A stretch of DNA of 63,842 bases, filler included, from Octopus bimaculoides (taxonomy: Eukaryota), in the NCBI RefSeq assembly GCF_001194135.2. It is 7 parts of 7 records of this genome, joined end to end, with 100 filler letters (N's around TTAATTAATTAA, not from the genome) between each part and the next. Parts side by side here need not be neighbours in the genome. Positions count along the whole stretch, not along the records: positions 24,646 to 43,931 come from NC_068982.1; positions 44,032 to 55,302 come from NC_069009.1; 5 more parts are not named here. One strand, written 5' to 3'. The notes under the pieces were generated by a model. It was given only the letters and a program-made list of their open reading frames with translations, searched no databases and was not told where the DNA came from. Shown piece after piece: positions 40,660-54,225 of this stretch (positions are counted from its first letter, which is position 1; each line of letters starts with the position of its first letter). The translations under genes and the position numbers were made by a program.

Positions 40660-41095
40660 ATAAGGCGGCGAGCTGGCAGAAATGTTAGCAAATTGGGCGA
40701 AATACTTAGCGGTATTTCGTCTGCCGTTACATTCTGAGTTCAAATTCCGCCGAGGTCGACTTTGCCTTACATCCTTTCGGGGTCGATAAATTAAGTACCA
40801 GTTATGCACTGGGATCGCTGTAATCGACTTAATCCCTTTGTCTGTCCTTGTTTGCTCCCTCTATGTTTAGCTCCTTGTGGGCAATAAAGAAATAAGGAAC
40901 GTTAGCACGCCGGGCGAAATGCTTAGCGGTACTTCGTCTGTCTTTAGGTTCTGAGTTCAAATTCTGCCGAGGTCGACTTTGCCTTTCATCCTTTCGGGAT
41001 CAATAAATTAAGTACTTGTTGCATACTGGGGTCAATCTAATCGACTGGCCCTCACTCCCCAAATTACGGGCCTTGTGCCTAGAGTAGAAAAGAGT
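40660..41095 (+). mobile_element. Two tandem copies of SINE family B
   Basis: aaggcggcgagctggcagaa...gagttcaaattccgccgaggtcgactttgcc...tcatcctttcggggtcgataaattaagtacc; more copies 43650-43845 (-), 45282-45432, 53425-53575 (+). Confidence 0.85.
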
Positions 41096-41155
41096 ATAAA
41101 GTTCTTTGTTCTCATTCTTGTTGGTTCTCAAGTACAAACGTTTTAGCTGTCTCTG

Positions 41156-41194
<39 letters not shown>

Positions 41195-41710
41195 ACAAAC
41201 GCGCGCGTATACAAGCACACGCACACACGCATCCACGCACATATATATGTATATATGTATAATTTTGGCCTAGTCAGATTACTCTGAGTTTCACCTGCAG
41301 GTGCACAAGATCTTCAAGCAAGTTATGACTAGCCTAATGATTGCGGGTACCCACAGGGGAAACTCATAAAAGACTGACTCGACCAAAATTATATATATAT
41401 ATATATTCCCTCTCTCTCACATTTCCTGGCCTTCTCTTCATGCTCACTTTCCCTCCTCTTTCACTTCACTGTGTCCCTTTCATTTCTTCTCGCCCCTCCT
41501 TAATTCTTCTATTCCTCTGCCTCTCTCTCTCTCTCTCTTCTCTCCCCACGTGACCGTTCGGCCAAGCCTCCTTTCTTTCTTGGTTCGACTACCATCCGTG
41601 CAACATCTATATTCCTCCCTGTGCCTGTCAATTCTTATATCCCTGCCGTAAGGCTTTACTTCCACTCACACCAGCTTAATTTAATTCGTCCTTAGTCGAA
41701 NNNNNNNNNN

Positions 41711-41753
<43 letters not shown>

Positions 41754-41821
41754 GTGTGTGTGTATATATGTATGTCTATATATATGTGTGTATACATACA
41801 TACATTACACATATATATATT

Positions 41822-43136
41822 CAGGGGTTGGACAAAATAATGGAAACACCTTAAAGTTTCAAGCAAATTAATTTTGATATGGAGCAGGACCGCCTTTGGC
41901 AGTAATTACAGCTTGACTTCTACGAGTTATGGATTCGTACAAAGTTTGAATTGTTTCCAAAGGAATTTTTGTCCATTCTTCTGCTAAAACAGTCTCCAGT
42001 TCTTGTAGTGATGATGGTGGAGGATATCGACTCCTTAATTGTTTTTCTAAAATTCACCACAAAAATTCAATAATATTGAAATCTGGGGACGGTGTTGGTC
42101 AGATAAGATGTTCAACTTCACTAGAATGCTCCTCGTGCCATTCAGTAACAACTTCAGCTGTGTGAATTGGTGCATTACCATCCTGAAAGATTGCGTTTCC
42201 TCCGGAAACAGTTCCGCAACCATAGGATGAATTTGATCAGATAAAATGCTTAAATAGTCTTAACTATTAATTCTGCCTTGAAAGGAAGCCATTGGATCGG
42301 AGGATTTCCAAGNNNNNNNNNNNNNNNNNNNNNNNNNNNNNNNNNNNNNNNNNNNNNNNNNNNNNNNNNNNNNNNNNNNNCCCCCAGATCATCACAAGTC
42401 CTCCTCCATGTTTAAAAGCTGGAAGAAGGCAGCCTGGTTCAAATGCTTCTTTTGGCTGTCTCCCTACATATACTCGGCCGGTGGTCGGAAATAAGGTAAA
42501 GGATGACTCGTCCGAGAAAATAACATTCTTCCACTGTAGGTTTTTTACTTCACTCTAAACGCTTTGCAATGTTTGTTTTTGAAAGTAGTGGTTTTCTGAT
42601 TGCAGCCCTCCCGTGAAATCCAGCTTTGTGCAGTTCTCGGCGAACAGTTTTTCTGGAAACTGGGTTCTCGAGGTTGTCATTAAGCTCTGCAGTAATTTTG
42701 GGAGCTGTACTTTTGTGATCCTTTCTAACAATTCGCGTAGGAGTTCGACGTTCCCTATCAGAAAGTTTTGTTTTCTTCCGGAGTTTTATTTCGACGAGGA
42801 GGTTTTCCCTTCTTTATCAAAGGCTGTCATTACTCTCTAAACAGTACTTCTTGATACACCAAACATTTCGGCTGTATTCGTTACGCTAGCGCCTGCTATA
42901 CGAGCACCAACAATTTGACCTCTTTGAAATTCCGATAGATCTGTCATTTTAATGAATTTTAATTACCTTTTTCTGATGATATTTGAAAAGAAACAGCAAT
43001 TTTAGCAAAACGTATCAAGCAACACAAATAATAAATCAATAAACATAAAAATAAACAAGCTTTTGACGGTTTTATAGATATTCCAAAATTGTGATACTAT
43101 GGTGCTAGGTGTTTCCATTATTTTGTCCAACCCCTG
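41822..43136 (-). mobile_element. Full-length but decayed Tc1-like DNA transposon, DD36E spacing
   Basis: Perfect 30-bp TIRs caggggttggacaaaataatggaaacacct (41822-41851 / 43107-43136), TA on the right; transposase from ATG 42947 (MTDLSEFQRGQIVGAR...) to TAA 41868; FQDGNAPIH...I*PTPSPDFNIIE; in-frame stops present. Confidence 0.92.
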
Positions 43137-43264
43137 TATATATATACAAATAGTTCAAATTTATAGAAAAACAAAGACGAAGACGGGTGTAGGAACAACA
43201 AGCAAGTATATTAATTTGACGCTCGGGAAAAATGGAAAAGTCTTTTACGTTTCAAGCCTACGCT

Positions 43265-43300
<36 letters not shown>

Positions 43301-43317
43301 NNNNNNNNNNCTACGCT

Positions 43318-43355
<38 letters not shown>

Positions 43356-43893
43356 CAAATATGTGTGTATACATTGTATACGTATATGTGCATAAACGAA
43401 ATAATTCGCACGCCATAGATTATGTACTGTATATATTTGTTGGCATGACTCAAACAGCTTTTACTCAAGCTTTAATCGCAGTCGTTTTCTTGATTAGACA
43501 ATTCGGGCCTATGAAATTCCTAGTAATGGCCAGTTAAGTAACGATGTGGCCATCTCTCTCTCTCTATCTATCTGTCTATCAACCAAGTTGTTTGTCTATG
43601 TATCGTTACACACAAAAGTATATATATTCTTTACATATTCTAGACACAAAGCTCGACATTTTTGGGGAGGGGGCCAGTCGATTAGATCGATCCCAGTACG
43701 CAATTATTACTTAATTTATCGACCCCGAAAGGATGAAAGGCAAAGTCGACCTTGGCGGAATTTGAACTCAGAACGTAGAGATAGACGAAATACAGGTAAG
43801 CATTTCGCCCGGCGTGCTAACGATTCTGCCAGCTCGCCGCCTTTGAAAGTATACATATTAAAACATGAATGTATATAAGCATATGTATCTGTG

Positions 43894-43931
<38 letters not shown>

Positions 43932-45084
43932 NNNNNNNNNNNNNNNNNNNNNNNNNNNNNNNNNNNNNNNNNNNNTTAATTAATTAANNNNNNNNNNNNN
44001 NNNNNNNNNNNNNNNNNNNNNNNNNNNNNNNGATCCGATCAACGGAACAGCCTGCTCGTGAAACTAACATGCAAGTGGCTGAGCACTCCACAGACACGTG
44101 TACCTTTAACGTAGTTCTCGGGGATATTCAGCGTGACACAGTGTGACAAGGCTGACCCTTCGAATTACAGGCACAACAGAAACAGGAAGAAAGAGTGAGA
44201 GAAAGTTGTGGTGAAAGAGTACAGCAGGGTTCACCACCATCCCCTGCCGGAGCCTCGCGGAGCTTTTAGGTGTTTTCGCTCAATAAACACTCACAACGCC
44301 CGGTCTGGGAATCGAAACCACGATCCTATGACCGCAAGTCCGCTGCCCTAACCACTGGCCCATTGCGCCTCCACGCACATACATACATACATACAAATCT
44401 GCACATACATGCATGCATACATACATACATACGTATGTACATACATACATACATACATACGTATGTACGTACATACATACATATATATATACATACATAC
44501 ATACATACAGAAATACCCTGTTGTTGATGTTGAAATTCCAATGAAAGAGCCTTGGGTCTAGGTTAGAAACTGGTTCTTTCTCTATTGGCAAGAAATCTTG
44601 AAATAAACTGAAAAATGATATACATGCATACATATATACATATATACATACATACATACATATCTATATCTATATATATCTATCTATCTATCTATATATG
44701 ACATTGACCAATGTGATCTATTTCTANNNNNNNNNNGAACCATGTGGTTGGTAAGCAAGCTACTTACCACACAGCCACTCCTAACACAATGCCTTTTGCA
44801 TCCCCCAAAAAACTGAGGCCATCACTTCTCATCATCATCATCATTGTCGTTTAACGTCCGCTTTCCATGCTAGCATGGGTTGGACGATTTGACTGAGGAC
44901 TGGTGGACCAGGAGGCAACACCAGGCTCCAATTTGATTTGGCAGAGTTTCTACAGCTGGATGCCCTTCCTAATGCCAACCACTCCGAGAGTGTAGTGGGT
45001 GCTTTTACGTGCCACCGGCACTTGGGCCAGTCAGGTACTGGCAATGGCTACGCTCTAAATAGTGTGTTTTATGTGCCACCTGCA

Positions 45085-45280
45085 CTGCATGGATTGTCTT
45101 TTTGTCTCTGGCTCAAAGTGACGAACCCAACACTCATCCTGGGTTAGGAAACGTTCAAAGAAACCAGCTGGATCTGACTCCAACAGGGTCAGATTTTTCA
45201 TTGATGTAATTAGTCTATTGTACTTTTGATCAGGTGTCAAAAGACATGGCACCCACCAAGCAGAAACCTTCATCATGCTG
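45085..45280 (-). mobile_element. mariner transposase fragment
   Basis: KVSAWWVPCLLT...FLTQDECWVRHFEPETKRQSMQ (WVP motif and first catalytic D region). Confidence 0.8.
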
Positions 45281-47500
45281 CATAAGGCAGCGAGCTGGCA
45301 GAAACGTTACCCTACCGGGCGAAATGCTTAGCAGCATTTTGTCTACTGTTATGTTCTGAGTTCAAATTCCACCGAGGTTGACTTTGCTTTTCATCCTTTC
45401 AGGGTCGATAAATTAAGTACCAGTTACGCACATACATGTTGTTGGCACTCCGTCGCTTACGATGTCGAGGGTTCCAGTTGATCCGATCAACGGAACAGCC
45501 TGCTCGTGAAACTAACATGCAAGTGGCTGAGCACTCCACAGACACGTGTACCTTTAACGTAGTTCTCGGGGATATTCAGCGTGACACAGTGTGACAAGGC
45601 TGACCCTTCGAATTACAGGCACAACAGAAACAGGAAGAAAGAGTGAGAGAAAGTTGTGGTGAAAGAGTACAGCAGGGTTNNNNNNNNNNNNNNNNNNNNN
45701 NNNNNNNNNNNNNNNNNNNNNNNNNNNNNNNNNNNNNNNNNNNNNNNNNNNNNNNNNNNNNNNNNNNNNNNNNNNNNNNNNNNNNNNNNNNNNNNNNNNN
45801 NNNNNNNNNNNNNNNNNNNNNNNNNNNNNNNNNNNNNNNNNNNNNNNNNNNNNNNNNNNNNNNNNNNNNNNNNNNNNNNNNNNNNNNNNNNNNNNNNNNN
45901 NNNNNNNNNNNNNNNNNNNNNNNNNNNNNNNNNNNNNNNNNNNNNNNNNNNNNNNNNNNNNNNNNNNNNNNNNNNNNNNNNNNNNNNNNNNNNNNNNNNN
46001 NNNNNNNNNNNNNNNNNNNNNNNNNNNNNNNNNNNNNNNNNNNNNNNNNNNNNNNNNNNNNNNNNNNNNNNNNNNNNNNNNNNNNNNNNNNNNNNNNNNN
46101 NNNNNNNNNNNNNNNNNNNNNNNNNNNNNNNNNNNNNNNNNNNNNNNNNNNNNNNNNNNNNNNNNNNNNNNNNNNNNNNNNNNNNNNNNNNNNNNNNNNN
46201 NNNNNNNNNNNNNNNNNNNNNNNNNNNNNNNNNCATACATACATACAGACAGACACAAAATACCGTGTTGGTGATGTTGAAATTCCAAAGAAGAAGCGTT
46301 GGATCTAGGTTAGAAACCAGTTCTTTCTCTATTGGCAAGAAGTCTTTAAAATAAACTGAGTAATGACATATACACACATATCCATAATACAAGCTGTATA
46401 CTACAAAGTTGTCCCAAAGAGAAAGGCTGCCATCTTCAAGAACATCATTCTCAAAGAAAGCCAGGTTCTGAGAAGACAAAATGTTCTTTTTTTCCCTATT
46501 TCTTTATTCTTTGTTTTTCTTGTTTTTATTTTCATATTCCTTTGTCTTATTTTTTATTTTCGTTTTCTTTTCTTTTTCGTTTTCTTTGTACTTTCATCTT
46601 TGCTTCATTTTTGTTTTATTTTTCTGCTTTTATTTCTTTGTTTTTCAATTTCTTTTTTTTTTTATCTTTTTTACTTTACTTCATTGTTCTTTTTCTTTTT
46701 GTTTCCTTTTTCTTTTTCCGTTGTTTTTTTTCATTTTCTCTTTTATTTTCTATTTTCATCCCCCTTTTTTTATTCATTTGTTTTTCTTTCTGCTTCTTTT
46801 TATTTATTTGTTTTTCTTTCTGCTTCTTTTTATTTATTTGTTTTTCTTTCTGCTTCTTTTCTCTTCCTTCTTTTTTGATTTTTATTCCTTTTTTCATCCA
46901 TTTTCTTTTCTTTTTTTCTTTTATTCTCTTTCCAATTTTTTCTTACTTTTTTCTGTTTCTTTTCTCTTCTCTTTTTTCTTCCTTCTTTCTTTCTTTTTCT
47001 TTTCTTACTTTTTCATTTTCTCTTCTTTCTTTTCCTATTCTCTCCTTTCTTTTTCTTTTCTTTTTACTTCCTGTTGATAGTATACTGCAGGGGTATATGT
47101 GTATATGTGCGTGTATACATACATACATACATACATACATACATACATACATACATACATACATACATACATACCAAAGCCAATATAAACTGTAGATCTG
47201 ACCCCGGGTTGGTTCCAGGTGAGGCACAAATAGGGTTTAAAATTAGGGTTTAAAACTGTAGATCTGACCCTGGGTTGCTTCCAGGTGTGGCACAAATAGG
47301 GTTTAAAATTCACAACAGCTGTTTCGGCAGCATTTTATTGATGCACTCTGAGATTACAGCATAGCAACAATCCACCATCCTCAGATAAAATTTTAAACAC
47401 ATATAAACAATCAAGAGAAATGGTGACCTATTAACTGACATCATGAATATATCNNNNNNNNNNGAGAAATGGTGACCTATTAACTGACATCATGAATATA

Positions 47501-47540
<40 letters not shown>

Positions 47541-47781
47541 GACGTGGGTATACACATCTTGTGTAAAGTGGTATTACACAAATAAAAACTAGGTTGTGGC
47601 TATCTAAAAATAATCTATCACAGAAATATATGTTAGCACAGAACACACACTGTACTACTTCAATGTCGGTACAATACTCAGTATTCACTGTTGAACTATG
47701 GACTGTTAAACCAGCACACGTCGAACTCACACAGTAAACCAACATGGTTGAACTAACAGCCTCAACTGCCTTCCTTGAGAG

Positions 47782-47815
<34 letters not shown>

Positions 47816-47934
47816 NNNNNNNNNNTTGCTGGTCATTCCTCTTATTTTTGTATGTAATATAATTTTAATCTTCGGATTTTTTTAATATGCTAGACCACTG
47901 GTTTTAATTGATTAGTATCAATTTCTACCCTCAG

Positions 47935-47964
<30 letters not shown>

Positions 47965-47965
<1 letters not shown>

Positions 47966-48960
47966 GTCATCATCATCATCATCATCATCGTTTAATGCCC
48001 GTTTTCCATGCCAACATGGGCTGGATGGTTCAACTGGGGTCTGGGAACCCAGGGGGCTGCCCCAGGCTCCAGTCTGATCTGGCAGAGTTTCTACAGCTGG
48101 ATGCCCTTCCTAACGCCAACCACTCCGAGAGTGTAGTGGATGCTTTTTACATGCCACTGGCACAGGGGCCAGAGGAGGCTGGCAATGGCCACGATTGGTT
48201 GGTGCTTTTTAAGTGCCACCAGCACAGAAGCCAGTCAAGGCGGCGCAGGCATCGGCCACGTTTGGATGGTGCTTTTTACGTGCCACCAGCACGGGGGTCA
48301 CAACTACAATTTCCATTTGATTCTCATTTTGATGTTGATGTACTTGACTCAACAGGTCTCCTCAAGTACAGCAGATCGCCTTACGATCCAAGGTACTTTT
48401 AAATGGGCTGGGGCTGGTTATGCGAAACTGATGTAGGATACAGTTGTGAACACACTTTATTTTCCGGGTCTTCGCAGTCACAGCATACCTCCAGAGGTCT
48501 CGGTCTTTTGCCATTGCCTCTGTGAGGCCCAACGTTTGAAGGTCATGTTTCACCACCTCATCCCATGTCTTCCTGGGTCTNNNNNNNNNNTGAGGCCCAA
48601 CGTTTGAAGGTCATGTTTCACCACCTCATCCCATGTCTTCCTGGGTCTCCCTCTATCTTGGATTCTTTCCACTGTTTGGGAGTGGCACTTCTTCACACAG
48701 CTCTCCTTGTCCATCTGCATTACATGACCATAACAACATAAACGTCTCTCTTGCACACCACATCCGATGCTTCTTCTGTCCAACATTTCTCTCAGGGCTC
48801 TTACACTCTGTCGTGTGCGCACACTGTGTACCATGTTCTCTGTTTTTTTTGTTTGTTTTTTTGTCTTTGTTGCCGTACACATTCGCTAGCTTTCTTACAA
48901 AGGGGTCTAATGCTCTTAGCTTAGACTTTTTTGGGGGGCAACCAGTTTGAACCATCTAAA
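47965..48960 (-). mobile_element. RTE-clade LINE 3' end (ORF C-terminus + 3'UTR + (GAT)n tail)
   Basis: RRLCCYGHVMQMDKESCVKKC...RGRPRKTWDEVVKHDLQTLGLTEAMAKDRDLWRYAV; UTR ends in the element also seen at 12-246. Confidence 0.85.
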
Positions 48961-49675
48961 GTGTAACTGCCTGAAATGGTCGTGACTTCTGGAACTTGAC
49001 TGAGGAAAGAAAGCCAAGAATAACCCGTCTTCTTTTTGCCTGTCCTTCTAATTGTTGTTTCTCTTGTCTGCCTTTGTATCATCTATCTGTCCAAACGTTT
49101 TAATGCCTCTATTGCGTTTTTGTGCCATTTATGTATATACATATATATATATGTATAATGTGTGTTTGTGTGTAATGTATATATGTATGTATGAGTGGAG
49201 GCACAATAGCCCAGTAGTTAGGGCAGCGGACTCAGGTTCATAGGATCGCGGTTTCGATTCCCAGACCGGGCGTTGTGAGTGTTTATTGAGCGAAAACACC
49301 TAAAGCTCCACGAGGCTCCGGCAGGGGATGGTGGCGAACCCTGCTGTACTCTTCCACCACAACTTTCTCTCACTCTTACTTCCTGTTTCTGTTGTACCTG
49401 TAATTCAAAGGGCCAGCCTTGTCACACTGTGCCACACTGAATATCCCCGAGAACTATGTTAAGGGTACACGTGTCTGTGGAGTGCTCAGCCACTTGCACG
49501 TTAATTTCACGAGCAGGCTGTTCCGTTGATCGGATCAACTGGAACCCTCGACGTCGTAAACGANNNNNNNNNNTTCACGAGCAGGCTGTTCCGTTGATCG
49601 GATCAACTGGAACCCTCGACGTCGTAAACGACGGAGTGCCAACAACAACATATGTATGTATGTATGTATGTATGA

Positions 49676-49722
<47 letters not shown>

Positions 49723-49767
49723 CATACATATATATAAAACTATATACACCACATTAATACATATATA

Positions 49768-49798
<31 letters not shown>

Positions 49799-50308
49799 AT
49801 GCTTGTATACACACATACACATATATATCATATACATATATATGTATATATTTATATGTGTGTGTGTGTGTGTGTATGCTTGTACAGATACACACACACA
49901 CACACACGTGTGTATAAGCATACTGACATATATATATATGCACACATACCAAAATTGCTTCCCTGTCACTCTGTATAGTCCCACCATCACACATGTCCCC
50001 CTTTAAAAAAAATAACAATTTCACTAAGTCTTCCTCGGAGACCATTAAAATGTGACCTGGAATTATATTTACGCCACATTATATGGCTATTTTGGGGATG
50101 AGAGGCAATCCAATTAAGAGATTTCTATGTGACCTCCACCACCAACATGGCCTGTTGCAGAGTTTACAGAAATGTATTGGAAAAGAGTGGAACCAGGATA
50201 TAAATGTCATTAAAAAAATATATTTGCACTTTGTGGGAGTGATTTTACACACACCTTTGTTTATATACATAGAGATATAGATGTGTGTGTGTATATGTCT
50301 GTAAATGC

Positions 50309-50344
<36 letters not shown>

Positions 50345-51529
50345 CCACACATATATTTAGTATAGGCATATACTTAGACACTCATGTATGTTATGGCATA
50401 TATATATATATNNNNNNNNNNNNNNNNNNNNNNNNNNNNNNNNNNNNNNNNNNNNNNNNNNNNNNNNNNNNNNNNNNNNNNNNNNNNNNNNNNNNNNNNN
50501 NNNNNNNNNNNNNNNNNNNNNNNNNNNNNNNNNNNNNNNNNNNNNNNNNNNNNNNNNNNNNNNNNNNNNNNNNNNNNNNNNNNNNNNNNNNNNNNNNNNN
50601 NNNNNNNNNNNNNNNNNNNNNNNNNNNNNNNNNNNNNNNNNNNNNNNNNNNNNNNNNNNNNNNNNNNNNNNNNNNNNNNNNNNNNNTTTAATAAAGATTT
50701 CTAACCGGATTTCATTGCATGGCAAATTTTCAAGAAGAGGGAGAATGAAAATGTTTTTTACAAAGAAGTACAAAATGAAGAAAATAATATATAAAAAAAT
50801 AAATATATGAACAGACATACACTTCCTGTTGAAAAAGAATTCATAACTCCAACTAAAAACATTTGTCTCCCCTTACACACACTTCCTGTTTTGACACCAC
50901 ACTTCTTGCTTAACACACAAACCTTCAGCCTCTTTCCTTTTTTTAGGTGGTGGGGGGACAAACACAGACACACAAACACAGACACACACACACACACATA
51001 TATATATATCTGCTTATCTGTTTGCCTGCATGTCTGTCTGTTTGTCAACCTGTCCATTTATCTGTCTGTGTGTCTCAATCTATTTTCCTATGACCTTGCA
51101 CCTATGTCAAATCGTTCTGTGCACCTAATCACCACCACCACCACTACAACTACCACCACCACCACAAGCACTGCCATCACCCCCACTATCATCACAACCA
51201 CCACCACTGCCACCAGCACCACCAGCACCAGCACCGCCACCACCACAACTACCACCACCAGCACCAACACCACCAGCACCACCACCGCCACCACCACAAC
51301 TACCACCACCACCACCACCACNNNNNNNNNNNNNNNNNNNNNNNNNNNNNNNNNNNNNNNNNNNNNNNNNNNNNNNNNNNNNNNNNNNNNNNNNNNNNNN
51401 NNNNNNNNNNNNNNNNNNNNNNNNNNNNNNNNNNNNNNNNNNNNNNNNNNNNNNNNNNNNNNNNNNNNNNNNNNNNNNNNNNNNNNNNNNNNNNNNNNNN
51501 NNNNNNNNNNNNNNNNNNNNNNNNNNNNN

Positions 51530-51562
<33 letters not shown>

Positions 51563-51629
51563 ATACTTATATATGTATATACATGTATATATATATACAC
51601 TTATACATATAAGGTACATAATGTATGTA

Positions 51630-51705
<76 letters not shown>

Positions 51706-51765
51706 TATCCATATATGCATATATATATGTACTTGTGTATGTGTGTATATATATCTAAATGCATT

Positions 51766-51810
<45 letters not shown>

Positions 51811-51892
51811 ATACATAGATATATATTTATATATGTATATATATAAATGTGTGTATCTCTCTCTCCCTCTCTCTCTATATATATATATAAAC

Positions 51893-51927
<35 letters not shown>

Positions 51928-52026
51928 TGTGTTTGTGTGTGTATATATATATATATAAATATTTGTAAATATATTTACATGTACATATACACACAGACAC
52001 TCATATACATATATAGATGTGTGTGC

Positions 52027-52063
<37 letters not shown>

Positions 52064-52489
52064 TATACACACTGTCTACTCATTGGACGCCATTTTAACA
52101 AAACATTCGTCTACATTTTCGTCGGACTTGCACATTCGTTTGCTGATTGCCTGATTCAAGTTCACCCAAGTGCAACGATTCACATCAGGGAGTCTTGTGA
52201 TCAAATCGGACAATGTGTCCATTCATTTGACCGACATTGGACGTCGTCTCCTAACGAAGCCAGTCGAATATTTTGGCCAGAGATGTAAAGACAACTTGAC
52301 TCGTCTTATCGAATTTATCAAAGGTTCTACAGAAAAGTTCTTCAACGATTTTGGTTTTGGCTGGACCACATCATCCTGATTGGAATTAATTTAATGAAAG
52401 TCTTGAAGACCTTAAGACTGGATTGTTTTGTTCGCAGCAAGGAAGGAATGGTAATTCTTGAAGTGACCAGTGGTGGTGGTGGTGGTGGA

Positions 52490-53272
52490 CTATGAGAGGA
52501 GGGGAGAAAAAGAGAGGGTGGGATGTTGAGATAGAGAAGAAGGGGAAGAAAGAGGGTGTGGGTGAGAGGCAGAGAGATAGAGGGAAGGAAAAGAGAGAGT
52601 GAGAGAGATTGAGTATGAGAGAGTGAGAGAGATTGAGTATGAGAGAGAGATTGAGTATGAGACAGAGATTGAGTATGAGAGCTAGAGGGGTGATGTAGAG
52701 AGATGGAGAGAGGGAGAAAGGAGAGGGTGAATCAAGGGAGTGAGAGTGAAGGAGAGAGGGGAAAGAGAGGGTGATAGACAGAGATAGAGAGAAGGAGAAA
52801 GAGAGGGTGAGAGAGAGATGTGAAAGAGGGGAAATGTAGAGAGAAGGAGAGACAGAGAGGGAAAATGAAGGAGAGGACGAATCAAGGGAGAGAGAAAAGA
52901 GATGGTGAGAGATAGAAGGTAGAGTTTGAGAGATTGTGTATGAGAGAAAGAGGGAGGGAGGGAGAGAGAAAGATTGAACATGAGAGAGGGAAGGGGGAGA
53001 GAGAGAGAGAGGGTGAGATAGAATGCCTGACAGAATGAAAGAGATCAAGAGAGAGAGAACGAATGAGAGAGTGAGAGGGAGAGAGAGAGGGAGAGAGAAC
53101 GAGTGAAAGAGAGAGAGGGAGAGAGAGAGAGAGAGGGAGAGAGAGAACGAGTGAAAGAGAGAGAGAGAGAGAACAAGTGAAAGAGAGGGAGAGAGGGAAA
53201 GAGAGAGGGAGAGAGAACGAGTGAGAGAGAGAGAGAGTGAGAGAGAGAGAGTGAGAGAGAGAGAGGGAGAGA
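52490..53272. repeat. Purine-rich (GA)n low-complexity tract
   Basis: GA/GAGA repeats with short tandem subunits; pyrimidine-rich counterpart at 46480-47080. Confidence 0.9.
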
Positions 53273-53589
53273 NNNNNNNNNNTCCAGCATGGCCGCAGTC
53301 AAATGACTGAAACAAGTAAAAGAGTAATCCCTTTATAAAGCATGCTGTCTGTCTGTGTATATAAGTATCTATCTATCTACCAATCTATTTATTTTCCTCT
53401 CTCTCTCTCTTTATCTAATATTCTAAGGCGGCCAGCTAGCAGAAACGTTAGCATGCTGGGCAAAATGCTTAGCGGTATATCGTCTGTCCTTATGTTCTGA
53501 GTTCAAATTCCACCAAGGTCGACTTTGCCTTTCATCCTTTCAGGGTCGATAAATTAAGTACTAATTGATCTAATCAGTTGATCTAATCA

Positions 53590-53740
53590 AGTAAATCGAC
53601 CCCAGGACTTATTCTTTGTAAGCCTAGTACTTATTCTATCGGTCTCTTTTGCCGAACCACTAAGTGACGGGGACGTAAACACACCAGCATCAGCCGTCAA
53701 GCAATGCTGGGGGTACAAACAGACATACAAACATACATAT

Positions 53741-53779
<39 letters not shown>

Positions 53780-54225
53780 NNNNNNNNNNNNNNNNNNNNN
53801 NNNNNNNNNNNNNNNNNNNNNNNNNNNNNNNNNNNNNNNNNNNNNNNNNNNNNNNNNNNNNNNNNNNNNNNNNNNNNNNNNNNNNNNNNNNNNNNNNNNN
53901 NNNNNNNNNNNNNNNNNNNNNNNNNNNNNNNNNNNNNNNNNNNNNNNNNNNNNNNNNNNNNNNNNNNNNNNNNNNNNNNNNNNNNNNNNNNNNNNNNNNN
54001 NNNNNNNNNNNNNNNNNNNNNNNNNNNNNNNNNNNNNNNNNNNNNNNNNNNNNNNCATATATATACGACGGGCTTCTTCCAGTTTCCGCCTACCAAATCC
54101 ACTCACAAGGCTTTGGTCGGCCCGAGGCTATAGTAGGAGACACTTGCCTAAGGTGCCGCACAGTGGGACTGAACCCGGGACCATGTGGCTGGTAAGGAAG
54201 CTACTTACCACACAGCCACTTCTGT
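53590..54225 (-). mobile_element. Composite SINE family C (tRNA-like head + internal TA/TG microsatellite + 3' body)
   Basis: Head at 54056-54225, body at 53590-53760, gap at the internal microsatellite; same layout at 15870-16365, 19965-20505, 21975-22340 (-), 23070-23635 (+). Confidence 0.75.

Noticed and set aside
47400-49650. Short direct duplications flanking 10-N gaps (47410/47463, 48520/48591, 49505/49574; also 43255/43311)
   Set aside because: Unmerged contig overlaps, not biological tandem repeats.
51088-51712. Gly-rich (-) or Thr-rich (+) ORFs as structural or mucin proteins
   Set aside because: Degenerate (CAC/ACC)n repeat running into a gap, no splice signals; same pattern at 14570-14810.
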